64,000 nt of DNA from contig SLKT01000040.1 of the NCBI GenBank assembly GCA_007134485.1, forward strand, positions 16,696 through 80,695. Direction: 5' to 3'. The notes below the pieces were generated by a model. That model made no database searches. It saw only the letters and a program-made list of their open reading frames with translations, and had not been told where the DNA came from. This document shows positions 26,745 to 36,126 of the stretch, in pieces. Each line of letters begins with the position of its first letter. Within the stretch, counting starts at the first letter, position 1. Position numbers and translations under genes: made by a program. The DNA comes from Wenzhouxiangella sp. (GTDB lineage Bacteria; Pseudomonadota; Gammaproteobacteria; Xanthomonadales; Wenzhouxiangellaceae).

Positions 26745-27227
26745 TCAACGACGTTGGATGGAGACCTGGTTGCGCTCGACTCGCACGTCCAGGTTGTTCT
26801 CCTGGTTCGAATCCAGCACCTCGACCGCCCGCCAGCGGGCATGTTCGATATCGCGGTAGGCAGCCACCACGGCAACATAACCACTGCCGGACTCCGCCGT
26901 GAAACTCAAGCGCTCTTGCTGACCCGGCTCGAGCTGGTATTCCCAGCGAGACACCCGGTCAGCACCCAGCACCGCCGAGTCCTGCTCCAGCAGGGTAAAG
27001 AAGTCGGCGCCCTCGAAGACCCCGGCCGAGCGCAGTTCATAGACTCTGACCAGCACCGGTGACGGGCGGTCGTTGCGATCGGGATTGACATCACTGCTGG
27101 CCGATAGGTCGATACTGGCCGTGGTCGGTGGAGGGGTTGTATCGCGAGCGCAACCGGCCAGCACCATCAACGTGGCGACCACCAGCAGTATTGATAAACG
27201 ATTGATGCGGCTAAGTCGTGAGTTCAT
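26745..27227 (-). CDS. tssJ: T6SS outer-membrane lipoprotein TssJ
   Basis: Start moved to ATG 27227 (AAGGA immediately upstream); lipobox LAGC; VNPDRNDRPSPVLVRVYEL, VAVVAAYRD. Confidence 0.93.
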   Translation of the reverse strand: MNSRLSRINRLSILLVVATLMVLAGCARDTTPPPTTASIDLSASSDVNPDRNDRPSPVLVRVYELRSAGVFEGADFFTLLEQDSAVLGADRVSRWEYQLEPGQQERLSFTAESGSGYVAVVAAYRDIEHARWRAVEVLDSNQENNLDVRVERNQVSIQRR

Positions 27228-27300
27228 ATCCTTTTCCCTGTGTAGCGAAAGCCAAAACAGACTTCCGCCATGTGTAGTGTCATGATGCACTGATCGACGA

Positions 27301-28809
27301 TCACTCGCCATCACCCTGACTTCGACGACCTGCGATCTGACGCTCGATCTCGCTGGAAGAACGCTCATAGGCCTCGGCGAATTCACGCACGAAGATCTTC
27401 TTGGCATCGTCTCGCAAGTTGGCCGAGATCTCCTCGTAATGGCTGGTGAACAGGTTCCAGCATTTTGCTTCTCTGATCAAGGGGGCTGAAGCCGAGATCG
27501 GGGAAATCTTCTTCAGCTTGCTTTCGAGTTGCTCCGGGTTGAACTGGCGAATGACCGATTCGATAGCGCCCTGGACGGCGGCCAGAATGGCCATCTGATG
27601 AGCACGCAAGTCATTGAGCGCCTGCTCGAACGATTCGGCGCCACTGATGAATCCGGGCACATCGCGCTCGACAAATACTCTGCGCATGGCCTCCTCGGTG
27701 GTTGGCGAGAACTTGAGCGGGTTGTTGCGGGTGCTCGAGATGCGCGTCTGATCGATGCGGAATTCGTTCTTGATCTCGGCCCGGCTGGCCAGCAACTGCA
27801 TCAATCCCTCGCCGACCATGTGAACGACCTGGCCCAATTGCTCGGCAAAATCCTCCGGATCAATGTCATCGGCGGCATCCTCGATGCCCAATTCCTGCAG
27901 AATCCTGAGCATCACATCGCCGCGCCCGACCGAACCGCTCGCGGCCGGCTGCGGCTTGGGCCGTGGCGGCGGCTTGGCGGAGCGCTCGGGCGGTGGCGTG
28001 GCCGGAGCGGACTGTTGCGACGCCGACTTTTCAGAATGATCGGTTCTGGATTCGGATGGTTTGTCAGCAGATGCCTGTGACGATGCGGCGGCGGGAGGCT
28101 CGAAAAACCCGGTCAGCAGTGCGTCCCACTCATCCGGAATCTCGTCATCGGATTCGCGACCGGCATCCGGAGCGGCGAAGAACTCGCGCTCCGGCGATTG
28201 CTGAAATTCGGCCGAATCGGATCGCGAGCCCGTTTCTTCCTCGCTTTCATCATCGAGATCCAGTCCGCCGTCATCGTCGCCGAAATGATCGGCATCGAAC
28301 TGCGGGCCCGTATCATCGTCCTGTCCGACCGACTCCTGGCCGGTCGTACCCGGCTGGCGGCCTTCGAGCAGATCATCGAATTCGTCACGCTCGGTATCGC
28401 TGTCCGGAACCTGTCCGCGCTCGGTATCGACCAGCAGACTGTCGAGCTCGGATAAATCGGCTCCATCGTTGATGGTGGCGCCAGGTCGGGCCTGTTCAAT
28501 TCGAACCCGGATCTGGAATTCACCGATGTACAGCAGATCACCATCGCCAAGACCTGCACTGCGCTGCTTGCCGATCAGACGGTCCGGATCGTTGTGGAAG
28601 GTGCCGTTGGTGCTCAAATCCTCAATGACAAAATCGTCACCCTCGCACATGATTCTGGCATGGCGGCCCGAGGTGTAAAACTTCGGGTCCGGCAAGACCC
28701 AGTCATTATCGGACGAACGTCCGAGTGTGCCCCCGTGTTCATCGAAGGTGACTTGACTGCCCTCCAGGGCGGGATCAGAACACTTTTCAACGGTCAGGGT
28801 GATTTGCAT
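27301..28809 (-). CDS. tagH: T6SS FHA-domain protein Fha/TagH
   Basis: FHA motifs (LGRSSDNDWVLPD, SGRHA, DLSTNGTF), long acidic/Pro linker, C-terminal NNPLKFS...DLRAHQMA. Confidence 0.93.
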   Translation of the reverse strand: MQITLTVEKCSDPALEGSQVTFDEHGGTLGRSSDNDWVLPDPKFYTSGRHARIMCEGDDFVIEDLSTNGTFHNDPDRLIGKQRSAGLGDGDLLYIGEFQIRVRIEQARPGATINDGADLSELDSLLVDTERGQVPDSDTERDEFDDLLEGRQPGTTGQESVGQDDDTGPQFDADHFGDDDGGLDLDDESEEETGSRSDSAEFQQSPEREFFAAPDAGRESDDEIPDEWDALLTGFFEPPAAASSQASADKPSESRTDHSEKSASQQSAPATPPPERSAKPPPRPKPQPAASGSVGRGDVMLRILQELGIEDAADDIDPEDFAEQLGQVVHMVGEGLMQLLASRAEIKNEFRIDQTRISSTRNNPLKFSPTTEEAMRRVFVERDVPGFISGAESFEQALNDLRAHQMAILAAVQGAIESVIRQFNPEQLESKLKKISPISASAPLIREAKCWNLFTSHYEEISANLRDDAKKIFVREFAEAYERSSSEIERQIAGRRSQGDGE

Positions 28810-28965
28810 GAGATTCGGCGATGCACCTTACCGGGTTCGAGTCAATCGTTCAGAGCCGTTTCGAGAAACGGATCGCGCACCGAATGGCCAGCACATCAAA
28901 CCGGCCCGATGTCGAGCCACCTAGTGTAAATGAAGCTTGCAGTTGTGACCAATTTCTCGCATCCG

Positions 28966-31197
28966 TCATTTGACCAGCGCCCTGCATCGCTCCAGCAAAC
29001 GACTTTCAGAGGCCAGCACCAGGTTGGCGGCATCACCGAGCGGGATATAGCAATCGGCCCCGGTCAATCGGCTTATCGGCTTGCCGCCCAGTCCATGCTC
29101 GACAAGCTTCGTGATCACGCCTTCACCGACACCACCATCCGGTCGTCCCTCGTCAAAGACCATGACGGCGCTGCAATCGCGAGCATTGCCGACGATGGCG
29201 TCCCGGTCCAGGGGTTTTAGCCAGCGCAGGTCGACGACGCGGGTCGCAATGCCGTGTGCCGAACGCAATCTGGCGGCCGTGCGCAATGCCATGGGCACGC
29301 CGTTGCCGTAGGTGATGATCAACAGATCCGATGCATCATCGTGATAAGTGCGCGCACGCCACGGGGACATGTGTTCGCATGGTGGCGGATAGGGAAACTG
29401 CCATTGGCCGTCATCGCTTTCATGCAGGTCCTTGGTCATGTACAGCGCGATGGGCTCTATGAACGCGCAAACCCGCCCGTCCACCTGGGCCAGCGCCGCC
29501 ATGGTCCTGAGCATTGTGACCGCATCGTCTCCGCGCGAGGGACAGCCGATGACCAGGCCGGGAATGTCACGCAGCGCGGTCAGCGAATTGTCGTTATGAA
29601 AATGCCCCCCGAAACCACGCTGGTAGCCAAGTCCGGCAATGCGCATCACCATGGGATTACGAAACTGGCCATCGGAGAAGAACTGCAGGGAACAGGCTTC
29701 GCCGCGAATCTGGTCACAGGCATTGTGAAAATAGGCCAGGTACTGGATCTCCGGAATGGGCAGATAACCCATGCTGCCCAATCCCTGGGCCAGCCCCAGA
29801 ATGGTGGTCTCGTCCAGCAGGGTATTGAAAACCCGCCTGGATCCGAATCGCTTCCACAGCCCGCGGGTCACCGTGTAGACACCGCCCTTGCGGGCGACAT
29901 CTTCCCCGAACACCAGGGCGTTGGAATATTTCAGCATCAGGTCACTCAGCGCCTGATTGATCTGAATGGCCAGGTGTCGGGACGGTTGATGTTCGGGCAA
30001 GTTTCGCTCGGAACCGAACGCGTCGAGACGCATATTCGGCTCCACGACCCGCTCGGCCTCGGCACGAACAGCGTCAGGCCGATATGGGGCCAGTGGCGCC
30101 GCAACGGCCTCAAGGGTCGTCAACCGAGGGCTGCCGTCGGCCCGGTCGGCCTCGTCAAGGCAGTGCCGGCGCAATTGCTCGTAGCGTTTACGGACACTCG
30201 CGGGCGTCATCAATCCGCGCGCCACCACGTATTCGGCACTGCGCAGCAGCGGGTCCAGGGCTTCGGCTGCTTCCAGTTCGGCGGGTGGCCGGTACTCCAC
30301 CTCGAAATCGGTGCCGGCATGCCCCATCAGTCGGGTGGTCTTGAGGTGCAAAAACACCGGGCGACGCCGGCGTCGACAATCGGCAACGGCTGCGGCGACT
30401 GTATCGTGACCTGCACACAGGTCAATGCCATCGGCAAAACGATAGTCCAGGCCCTGGCGTGACTGCACGCTCTCGGCCACCCACCGTCGCGGGCTGGCCA
30501 CCGAGATGCCGATACCGTTGTCCTCGCAGACCAGCAAGATCGGCAAGGCCAGATTCTGATGACAGGTCCATGAGCAGGTATTCAGGGCCGCCTGGGCCGT
30601 GGCGTGATTGAGACTGGCGTCCCCGAAGCTGCACACCACGATACTGTCATCGGGGATTGGCAGCTCGTGCCCGCCTGCCGCACCTCGTCCAATGGCCAGC
30701 GCGGCTCCGACCGCCTTGGGCAAATGTGAAGCGATGGTCGAGGTCTGGGGCAACACCCACAACGGCCTGCTGCCCCAGACCTTGTGGCGCCCGCCTGAGG
30801 CCGGATCGGCACTGGCCGCGGCAAAGGACAGGCAGGTATCGCGCACGAAATCCAGTGCCTCGTCCTTGCGATAACGCTCGGCCATGAAGGCACCGGAACG
30901 ATAGTGAAGAAAGGCCGGATCGGTCGCCCGCGTCAGCCGTCCGATCATGGCGTTGCCCTCGTGACCGGACGAGCCGATGGTATAGAACACCTTGTTTTCC
31001 AGGCGCTTGACCCGGGCCATGAGATCGAGCTGGCGCGAGACCATCTGGCTGTCGAACAACTCGAGCAGGTCGGCATCGGCCAGCGAATGCCCACGCCTGG
31101 CCGCAACCCGACCCGCCTCGAGTTCATCCAGGTAGTGCAGAAAATTTCGATCAACCACTTCGGCGCGGTTGATCTGACGGGCAACATTCCGTGTCAT
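28966..31197 (-). CDS. Fused E1 alpha/beta 2-oxoacid dehydrogenase (TPP-dependent, transketolase-like C-terminus)
   Basis: FYTIGSSGHEG, TPP motif GDA...EDNG, FGEDVARKGGV, RVFNTLLDE, PIPEIQY, VVDLRWLKPLD. Confidence 0.88.
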   Translation of the reverse strand: MTRNVARQINRAEVVDRNFLHYLDELEAGRVAARRGHSLADADLLELFDSQMVSRQLDLMARVKRLENKVFYTIGSSGHEGNAMIGRLTRATDPAFLHYRSGAFMAERYRKDEALDFVRDTCLSFAAASADPASGGRHKVWGSRPLWVLPQTSTIASHLPKAVGAALAIGRGAAGGHELPIPDDSIVVCSFGDASLNHATAQAALNTCSWTCHQNLALPILLVCEDNGIGISVASPRRWVAESVQSRQGLDYRFADGIDLCAGHDTVAAAVADCRRRRRPVFLHLKTTRLMGHAGTDFEVEYRPPAELEAAEALDPLLRSAEYVVARGLMTPASVRKRYEQLRRHCLDEADRADGSPRLTTLEAVAAPLAPYRPDAVRAEAERVVEPNMRLDAFGSERNLPEHQPSRHLAIQINQALSDLMLKYSNALVFGEDVARKGGVYTVTRGLWKRFGSRRVFNTLLDETTILGLAQGLGSMGYLPIPEIQYLAYFHNACDQIRGEACSLQFFSDGQFRNPMVMRIAGLGYQRGFGGHFHNDNSLTALRDIPGLVIGCPSRGDDAVTMLRTMAALAQVDGRVCAFIEPIALYMTKDLHESDDGQWQFPYPPPCEHMSPWRARTYHDDASDLLIITYGNGVPMALRTAARLRSAHGIATRVVDLRWLKPLDRDAIVGNARDCSAVMVFDEGRPDGGVGEGVITKLVEHGLGGKPISRLTGADCYIPLGDAANLVLASESRLLERCRALVK

Positions 31198-31230
31198 GGA
31201 AACTTGGGCGTCTGGACTCTGGAGCCTACG

Positions 31231-32394
31231 CTAAAAGGCATTCAGCCCGGTCAGTTCACGACCGACCACGAGTTGATGCACGGTTTCGGTGCCTTCATAG
31301 GTAATCACCGACTCCAGATTCAAGGCATGGCGAATGGCGACGTATTCGAGGGTGATGCCCGAGCCACCAAGCAGATCACGGCAATCGCGGGCAATATCCA
31401 GCGCCATGCGCACGTTGTTCCACTTGGCCATGGAGATCTGGGTCGGATGAACCCGGCCCTCGTCCTTGAGCCGGCCCAGGCGCAGACTCATCAACTGGGC
31501 CTGGGTGATACGCAGGGCCATGTCGGCCAGGCGCAACTGAACGGCCTGGTTGGCCGCCAGGGGACGGCCGAACAGCTCGCGGTCGGCGGTATAGTCGAGC
31601 GCTTCGGTCAGACAGGCGATGGCGGCGCCGATCGGCCCCCAGGTAATGCCATAGCGGGCCTGGCTCAGACACGACAACGGGCCTTTCAGACCGGTCACGC
31701 CGGGTAGCCGATTGGCTTCCGGCACGCGCACGTTGTCGAAATACAGCTCCGAAGTAATCGAGGCGCGCAGAGACATCTTGGCGTGGATGTCACGGACCGA
31801 GTATCCCTTGAAATCCTTTTCGACGATGAATCCCTGGACGCCATCATCGGTACGCGCCCAGACAATGGCAATATCGGCGATCGAGCCACTCGTGATCCAC
31901 ATCTTGGCGCCGTTGAGGATCCAGTCGTCACCATCGCGGCGGGCATGGGTTTTCATGTTGGCCGGGTCGGAACCACCGTGCGGCTCGGTCAGGCCGAAAC
32001 AGCCGATCACCTTGCCGGCGGCCATATCCGGAAGCCAGCGCTGCTTCTGCTCCTCGGAGCCGTAGGCATGAATGGGGAACATGCACAGTGACGACTGAAC
32101 GGAAACGAAGCTTCGCAGTCCCGAATCACCACGTTCGAGTTCCTGGCAGATCAGGCCGTAACTGACTGCGTTCAGGCCGGCACAGCCGTAGCCCTCCAGG
32201 CTCGAACCCAGCAGACCAAGATCGGCGATTTCCGGGATCAGTTCATCGGGAAACCTGCCCTGATCGAAACACTCGGCGATCAGCGGCAAGGCGCGGTCAT
32301 CGACAAATCGCGCCACGCTGTCGCGAATCATTTGTTCTTCTTCGGACAACTGGCTGTTGATCTCATAGAGATCGACGGGATTCAGGGATCGCAT
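31231..32394 (-). CDS. gcdH: Glutaryl-CoA dehydrogenase-like acyl-CoA dehydrogenase
   Basis: GCFGLTEPHGGSDP, LNGAKMWIT, SLRASIT, ITYEGT, terminal LTGLNAF; start moved to MRSLNPVD at 32394. Confidence 0.85.
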   Translation of the reverse strand: MRSLNPVDLYEINSQLSEEEQMIRDSVARFVDDRALPLIAECFDQGRFPDELIPEIADLGLLGSSLEGYGCAGLNAVSYGLICQELERGDSGLRSFVSVQSSLCMFPIHAYGSEEQKQRWLPDMAAGKVIGCFGLTEPHGGSDPANMKTHARRDGDDWILNGAKMWITSGSIADIAIVWARTDDGVQGFIVEKDFKGYSVRDIHAKMSLRASITSELYFDNVRVPEANRLPGVTGLKGPLSCLSQARYGITWGPIGAAIACLTEALDYTADRELFGRPLAANQAVQLRLADMALRITQAQLMSLRLGRLKDEGRVHPTQISMAKWNNVRMALDIARDCRDLLGGSGITLEYVAIRHALNLESVITYEGTETVHQLVVGRELTGLNAF

Positions 32395-32525
32395 TGGTCG
32401 GGCTCGGTTCAGGGAGATGCCTATTTTAAGCCATGCGCAACAAGCCCATGGCACGAACTCTTTCCCCGCAGTGACCGGCCTCGCTATAATAGCCAGCTTT
32501 ACGAACCACTCAACGGCTCAAATCG

Positions 32526-32858
32526 ATGCTGAAGCGATCGCTAATTACCGGATTCATTGCTCTGCTGCTGGCCCTGCCGGCACAGGCTGAGATGCGCGGC
32601 GACCCCGAAGAGGGTCGGATCATTGCCTACACCTGTACCGGCTGCCATGGCATCCCATTCCACAAGAATGTCTATCCAACCTACTCGGTGCCTCGGATCG
32701 GCGGACAGAGCTACGGCTATATTGTCTCCTCGCTCAAGGCCTATCGGTCCGGTGAGCGTCGACATCCGACCATGGAAGCCCAGGCCAATACCCTGTCGGA
32801 ACAGGACATCCATGATGTGGCCGCCTATTTCGTCACCCTGACGGAGGAGCAGCAATGA
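32526..32858 (+). CDS. Monoheme class I cytochrome c (c4/c553-like), exported
   Basis: Signal peptide ending AQA, CTGCH, HPTM axial Met. Confidence 0.9.
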   Translation: MLKRSLITGFIALLLALPAQAEMRGDPEEGRIIAYTCTGCHGIPFHKNVYPTYSVPRIGGQSYGYIVSSLKAYRSGERRHPTMEAQANTLSEQDIHDVAAYFVTLTEEQQ

Positions 32859-33190
32859 TGCGTCTGATCTTTTCGATTGCCGTGATTGCCCTGATTTCGG
32901 TGGCCATGAATGCCCAGGCCGGCAACCCGAATCGCGGCAAGGAGTTGGCCCAGGAGGTGTGCGCATCGTGCCACGGCATGGACGGCAACCTGGTGCTTGA
33001 CGACGACTACCCCAAGCTCGGTGGCCAGCATGCCGATTACCTGGAATTCGCCCTCAAGGCCTATCGGTCCGGAGATCGCGACAATGAGCTGATGTCTCCG
33101 TTTGCCGAGGATCTCAGTGATCGCGACATACGCGACCTGGCCGCCTGGTATTCCCGCCAGGAAGGATTGATCGACCTCAGGATCCGGTAA
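32855..33190 (+). CDS. Monoheme class I cytochrome c (c4/c553-like), exported
   Basis: Signal peptide, CASCH, YPKLGGQHADY, ELMSP; ATGA overlap with previous gene. Confidence 0.9.
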   Translation: MMRLIFSIAVIALISVAMNAQAGNPNRGKELAQEVCASCHGMDGNLVLDDDYPKLGGQHADYLEFALKAYRSGDRDNELMSPFAEDLSDRDIRDLAAWYSRQEGLIDLRIR

Positions 33191-34190
33191 CCAGCCGGCT
33201 CGCCAGCCACGGCAGGGATTCATCGTAGCGCCAGTCGATGCCCGAGTGGCTGCCATCGAATTCCTCGAATTGATGGTCAATGCCGGCCGCCGTCAGCCGC
33301 TGGTGCAGTTCGCGCGTGCCGTAGTGAATGAAGTATTGATCGCGAAAGCCGACATCGATCCACAGCCCGCTCAGGCCCGATAGCGCATCGACACTGCTGT
33401 CGACCCGCTCGACGGGGTCGAACGCCAGCCATTGGCGCCAGGTTGCCTGATCCAGTCGGCAGGTTCTCAGATCAAACGGCAGCCGCAAGCTTAAAGGTCG
33501 ATCCGGATCCGGCGAGTAGCTGGCCGCCAGGCACAGGGTCATCAGGGTGTGAAAATCCGCGCCGCGGGGACGCTGGTCGCGCCAGAAGGCGCGCACAAAG
33601 GCCTCGATGTCGCCATCATGACGCCCCAGCACATCGCAGCACAGTGGAAAGTCTCGCTGGTAGACCCGGTCGAATCCACAATCGCCCGCATGACTGGCCA
33701 CCGCGCTGAATGCGCCCGGATGAGCCATTGCCAGGTGCAGCGCACCGAAGCCGCCGGAGGACTTGCCGAAAACCGCCCGCGCAGTGGCATCGGGAATGGT
33801 CCGATAGTGCTCGTCGATGGCCGGAATGAGCTCTTCGATCAGGTAGTCGGCATAGTTGCCCATGGCCAGCGTATTGACGTACTGATTGCCGCCCAAGGAG
33901 GTATAGCAGTCCGGAAACACCACGATCACCTCAGGGATACGCCGCTCGGCGATCAACCGGTCCAGTCGGTCGGGCAGATTCTCACCATGGTTGCGCCAGT
34001 TGACCTGGCCCGGACCGGCATTGGTGTAGGCGGCCAGACACCACAGGACCGGGTAACGCGCCTGCCCGGCCTCGTAACCGGGCGGCAGATAGACGGGGTG
34101 AGTTCTGTCGACGGGATCATTCAGGCGGTTGCCGGACAACACCTTCGAGTGATGCTCGAAATCGACCACCTGGCCGCGCTTTGACGGCAT
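33177..34190 (-). CDS. Alpha/beta hydrolase of the Fes/esterase family
   Basis: VYLPPGY, GKSSGG nucleophile elbow, IDVGFRDQY, FDGSH; start moved to ATG 34190. Confidence 0.85.
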   Translation of the reverse strand: MPSKRGQVVDFEHHSKVLSGNRLNDPVDRTHPVYLPPGYEAGQARYPVLWCLAAYTNAGPGQVNWRNHGENLPDRLDRLIAERRIPEVIVVFPDCYTSLGGNQYVNTLAMGNYADYLIEELIPAIDEHYRTIPDATARAVFGKSSGGFGALHLAMAHPGAFSAVASHAGDCGFDRVYQRDFPLCCDVLGRHDGDIEAFVRAFWRDQRPRGADFHTLMTLCLAASYSPDPDRPLSLRLPFDLRTCRLDQATWRQWLAFDPVERVDSSVDALSGLSGLWIDVGFRDQYFIHYGTRELHQRLTAAGIDHQFEEFDGSHSGIDWRYDESLPWLASRLVTGS

Positions 34191-34239
34191 GCTTGGACGA
34201 AGGGTTCGACTGGCCGACGTTTCATCCATGACCACCCCG

Positions 34240-36126
34240 TCAGCCGGCCAGCGGCATGATCTTGCGCTTGCGCGGCGGAAGCTGCCCGATCTCCGGAACC
34301 AGTTCCACGAGAATCGCCCGAAGCCGGCCATTGTCGTATCGAAGCACGGCCTGCTCGGCCCGCCCGAGTCGTTCGATCATCCAGTCGGGGGTGGCATTGC
34401 CGGCGCGAGTCAGGTAAATCTTTTCATGGTCGGTGCGGACATACGACTCATCGGCATGGAAAAGCTCCTCGAACAGCTTTTCGCCCGGGCGCAGACCGGT
34501 GTAGACGATCTCGATATCCCGACCCGGCTCCTTGCCGGCCAGACGAATCAACTGCTCGGCCAGGTAACTGATGCGCACCGGTTCACCCATGTCCAGCACG
34601 AAGACCTCGCCACCCTTGCCGAGCACGCCGGCCTGCAGGATCAATTGACCCGCCTCGGCGATGGTCATGAAGTAGCGGGTGATTTCCGGGTGAGTCACGG
34701 TCACCGGACCGCCGCGCCGAATCTGTTCATTGAACAACGGAACCACCGAGCCGGTCGAGTTGAGCACGTTGCCGAAACGCACGGTGATGAAACGAGTTTG
34801 TGACTGACGATTGAGATGCTGGCAATACAATTCGGCAACCCGCTTGGTCGCACCCATGACATTGGTCGGGTTGACCGCCTTGTCGGTCGAGATCAGGACG
34901 AACGTTTCGACCCCGTAGTGCGCCGCGGCATCAGCAACCCTGCGGGTACCAATCACGTTATTGCGAAACGCCTCGCGAATCTGGTTCTGGAGCATGGGCA
35001 AATGCTTGTAGGCCGCGGCATGAAAGACCACCTCGGGCCTGGAGCGCTCCATCAGGTTGTCGATCGTGGCCGAGTCGCAGATATCGCCCAACACGGTTTC
35101 GACAATCAGATCCCTGAATTCCCCTTTCAACCTGTGGTCGATTCGGTAGAGGTTGTATTCGCTGTTGTCGAGGACCACCAGCGCGGCCGGGTCAAGGCGG
35201 GCAATCTGCCGACACAGCTCGGCGCCGATCGAGCCACCACCGCCGGTGACCAGCACTCGCTTGCCGGCCAGCCCGGCGCGAATCGACTCCCAGTCCAGGG
35301 ACACGGGATCCCTTCCGAGCAGATCATCGATGGCAACCGGTTTCAGATCATCGAAACGGGTAAAGCTGCTGCCCAGTTCCTTGAGCGTTGGCAAGGTCTT
35401 GAAGTCGACCTCGGCGCGCTCGCAGATCTCGACGATTCGCTGCATTTGCTGGTTGGTGGCCGAGGGAATGGCAATGACGACCAGGTCGATGGCCGCTTCA
35501 CGCACCACCCGCGGCAATCGATCAATGGCGCCCAGTACCGGCACACTCCTGATCTCGGCATTGCGCAGACGCTTGTTGTCATCAAGGAAACCCACGATGT
35601 CGTAGTCCCCCCGGCGACGCAACTCCGGAACCAGCAGTCGGCCGGACCGTCCGGCGCCCAGGATAAGGGTGCGCTGAGTGAGCCGTCGACGGCGAACTTC
35701 CATGCGCATGTCCTTGAACACGCGGTAGGTCAGTCGCGGCAGCCCGAGCAACACCAGCAACAGGACCGGGAACACCCAGACCATCAGAACCATCAACTCC
35801 ACGGGGGCTTCGAGCAACAACAGGACCGCCGCACCGGCGACGGCGCCCAATAGTGCGGCGCGCACAAGGTTGCCGAGATCCGGCAAGCTGGCGAATCGCC
35901 ACACTCCGCGATACAGGCCGGCCCGCCATTGCAAAAACCCCTGGATGATCAAGATCAGGTTGATTTCAATGGCAAGCTGCTGCCAGCCGATGGCCGATTC
36001 GCCGAGCAGCCAGAGGGTGCCCAGTCGAGCAGTCAACCAGGCGATCACGATCATGGACAGGTCATGCAGCACCACCAGCGCGCGCAGGTTGAGCACTGCT
36101 GCTCTTCGTCCCGTCCGTTCAGTCAT
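34240..36126 (-). CDS. Polysaccharide biosynthesis nucleoside-diphosphate sugar dehydratase/epimerase (WbpM/CapD family)
   Basis: N-terminal TM helices, ILGAGRSG, VTGGGGSIGAEL, HAAAYKH, ISTDKAVNPTNVMGATK, RFGNV, GLRPGEKLFEEL. Confidence 0.93.
   Translation of the reverse strand: MTERTGRRAAVLNLRALVVLHDLSMIVIAWLTARLGTLWLLGESAIGWQQLAIEINLILIIQGFLQWRAGLYRGVWRFASLPDLGNLVRAALLGAVAGAAVLLLLEAPVELMVLMVWVFPVLLLVLLGLPRLTYRVFKDMRMEVRRRRLTQRTLILGAGRSGRLLVPELRRRGDYDIVGFLDDNKRLRNAEIRSVPVLGAIDRLPRVVREAAIDLVVIAIPSATNQQMQRIVEICERAEVDFKTLPTLKELGSSFTRFDDLKPVAIDDLLGRDPVSLDWESIRAGLAGKRVLVTGGGGSIGAELCRQIARLDPAALVVLDNSEYNLYRIDHRLKGEFRDLIVETVLGDICDSATIDNLMERSRPEVVFHAAAYKHLPMLQNQIREAFRNNVIGTRRVADAAAHYGVETFVLISTDKAVNPTNVMGATKRVAELYCQHLNRQSQTRFITVRFGNVLNSTGSVVPLFNEQIRRGGPVTVTHPEITRYFMTIAEAGQLILQAGVLGKGGEVFVLDMGEPVRISYLAEQLIRLAGKEPGRDIEIVYTGLRPGEKLFEELFHADESYVRTDHEKIYLTRAGNATPDWMIERLGRAEQAVLRYDNGRLRAILVELVPEIGQLPPRKRKIMPLAG

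Noticed and set aside
27228-27407. N-terminal extensions given by the ORF track (tssJ; likewise gcdH, esterase, wbpL-like, rpsA, cmk, serS, hflC, hflK, smr)
   Set aside because: They overlap upstream genes or lack an SD; downstream starts fit the family N-termini better
28810-28965. T6SS border as a genomic-island junction or sigma54 promoter
   Set aside because: No tRNA, integrase or direct repeat; GG/GC pairs are 8-9 nt apart, not 10; only a weak TTGGTC-N18-TACACT
32418-32434. GG-N10-GC (TGGCTTAAAATAGGCAT, minus strand) upstream of gcdH
   Set aside because: Lacks CAC and TT context; TAAAAT fits a sigma70 -10 equally well
32449-32465. TGGCACG sigma54 -24-like motif upstream of the cytochrome c genes
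   Set aside because: No GC at the -12 position (GG-N10-TT); a TATAAT at 32485 suggests sigma70
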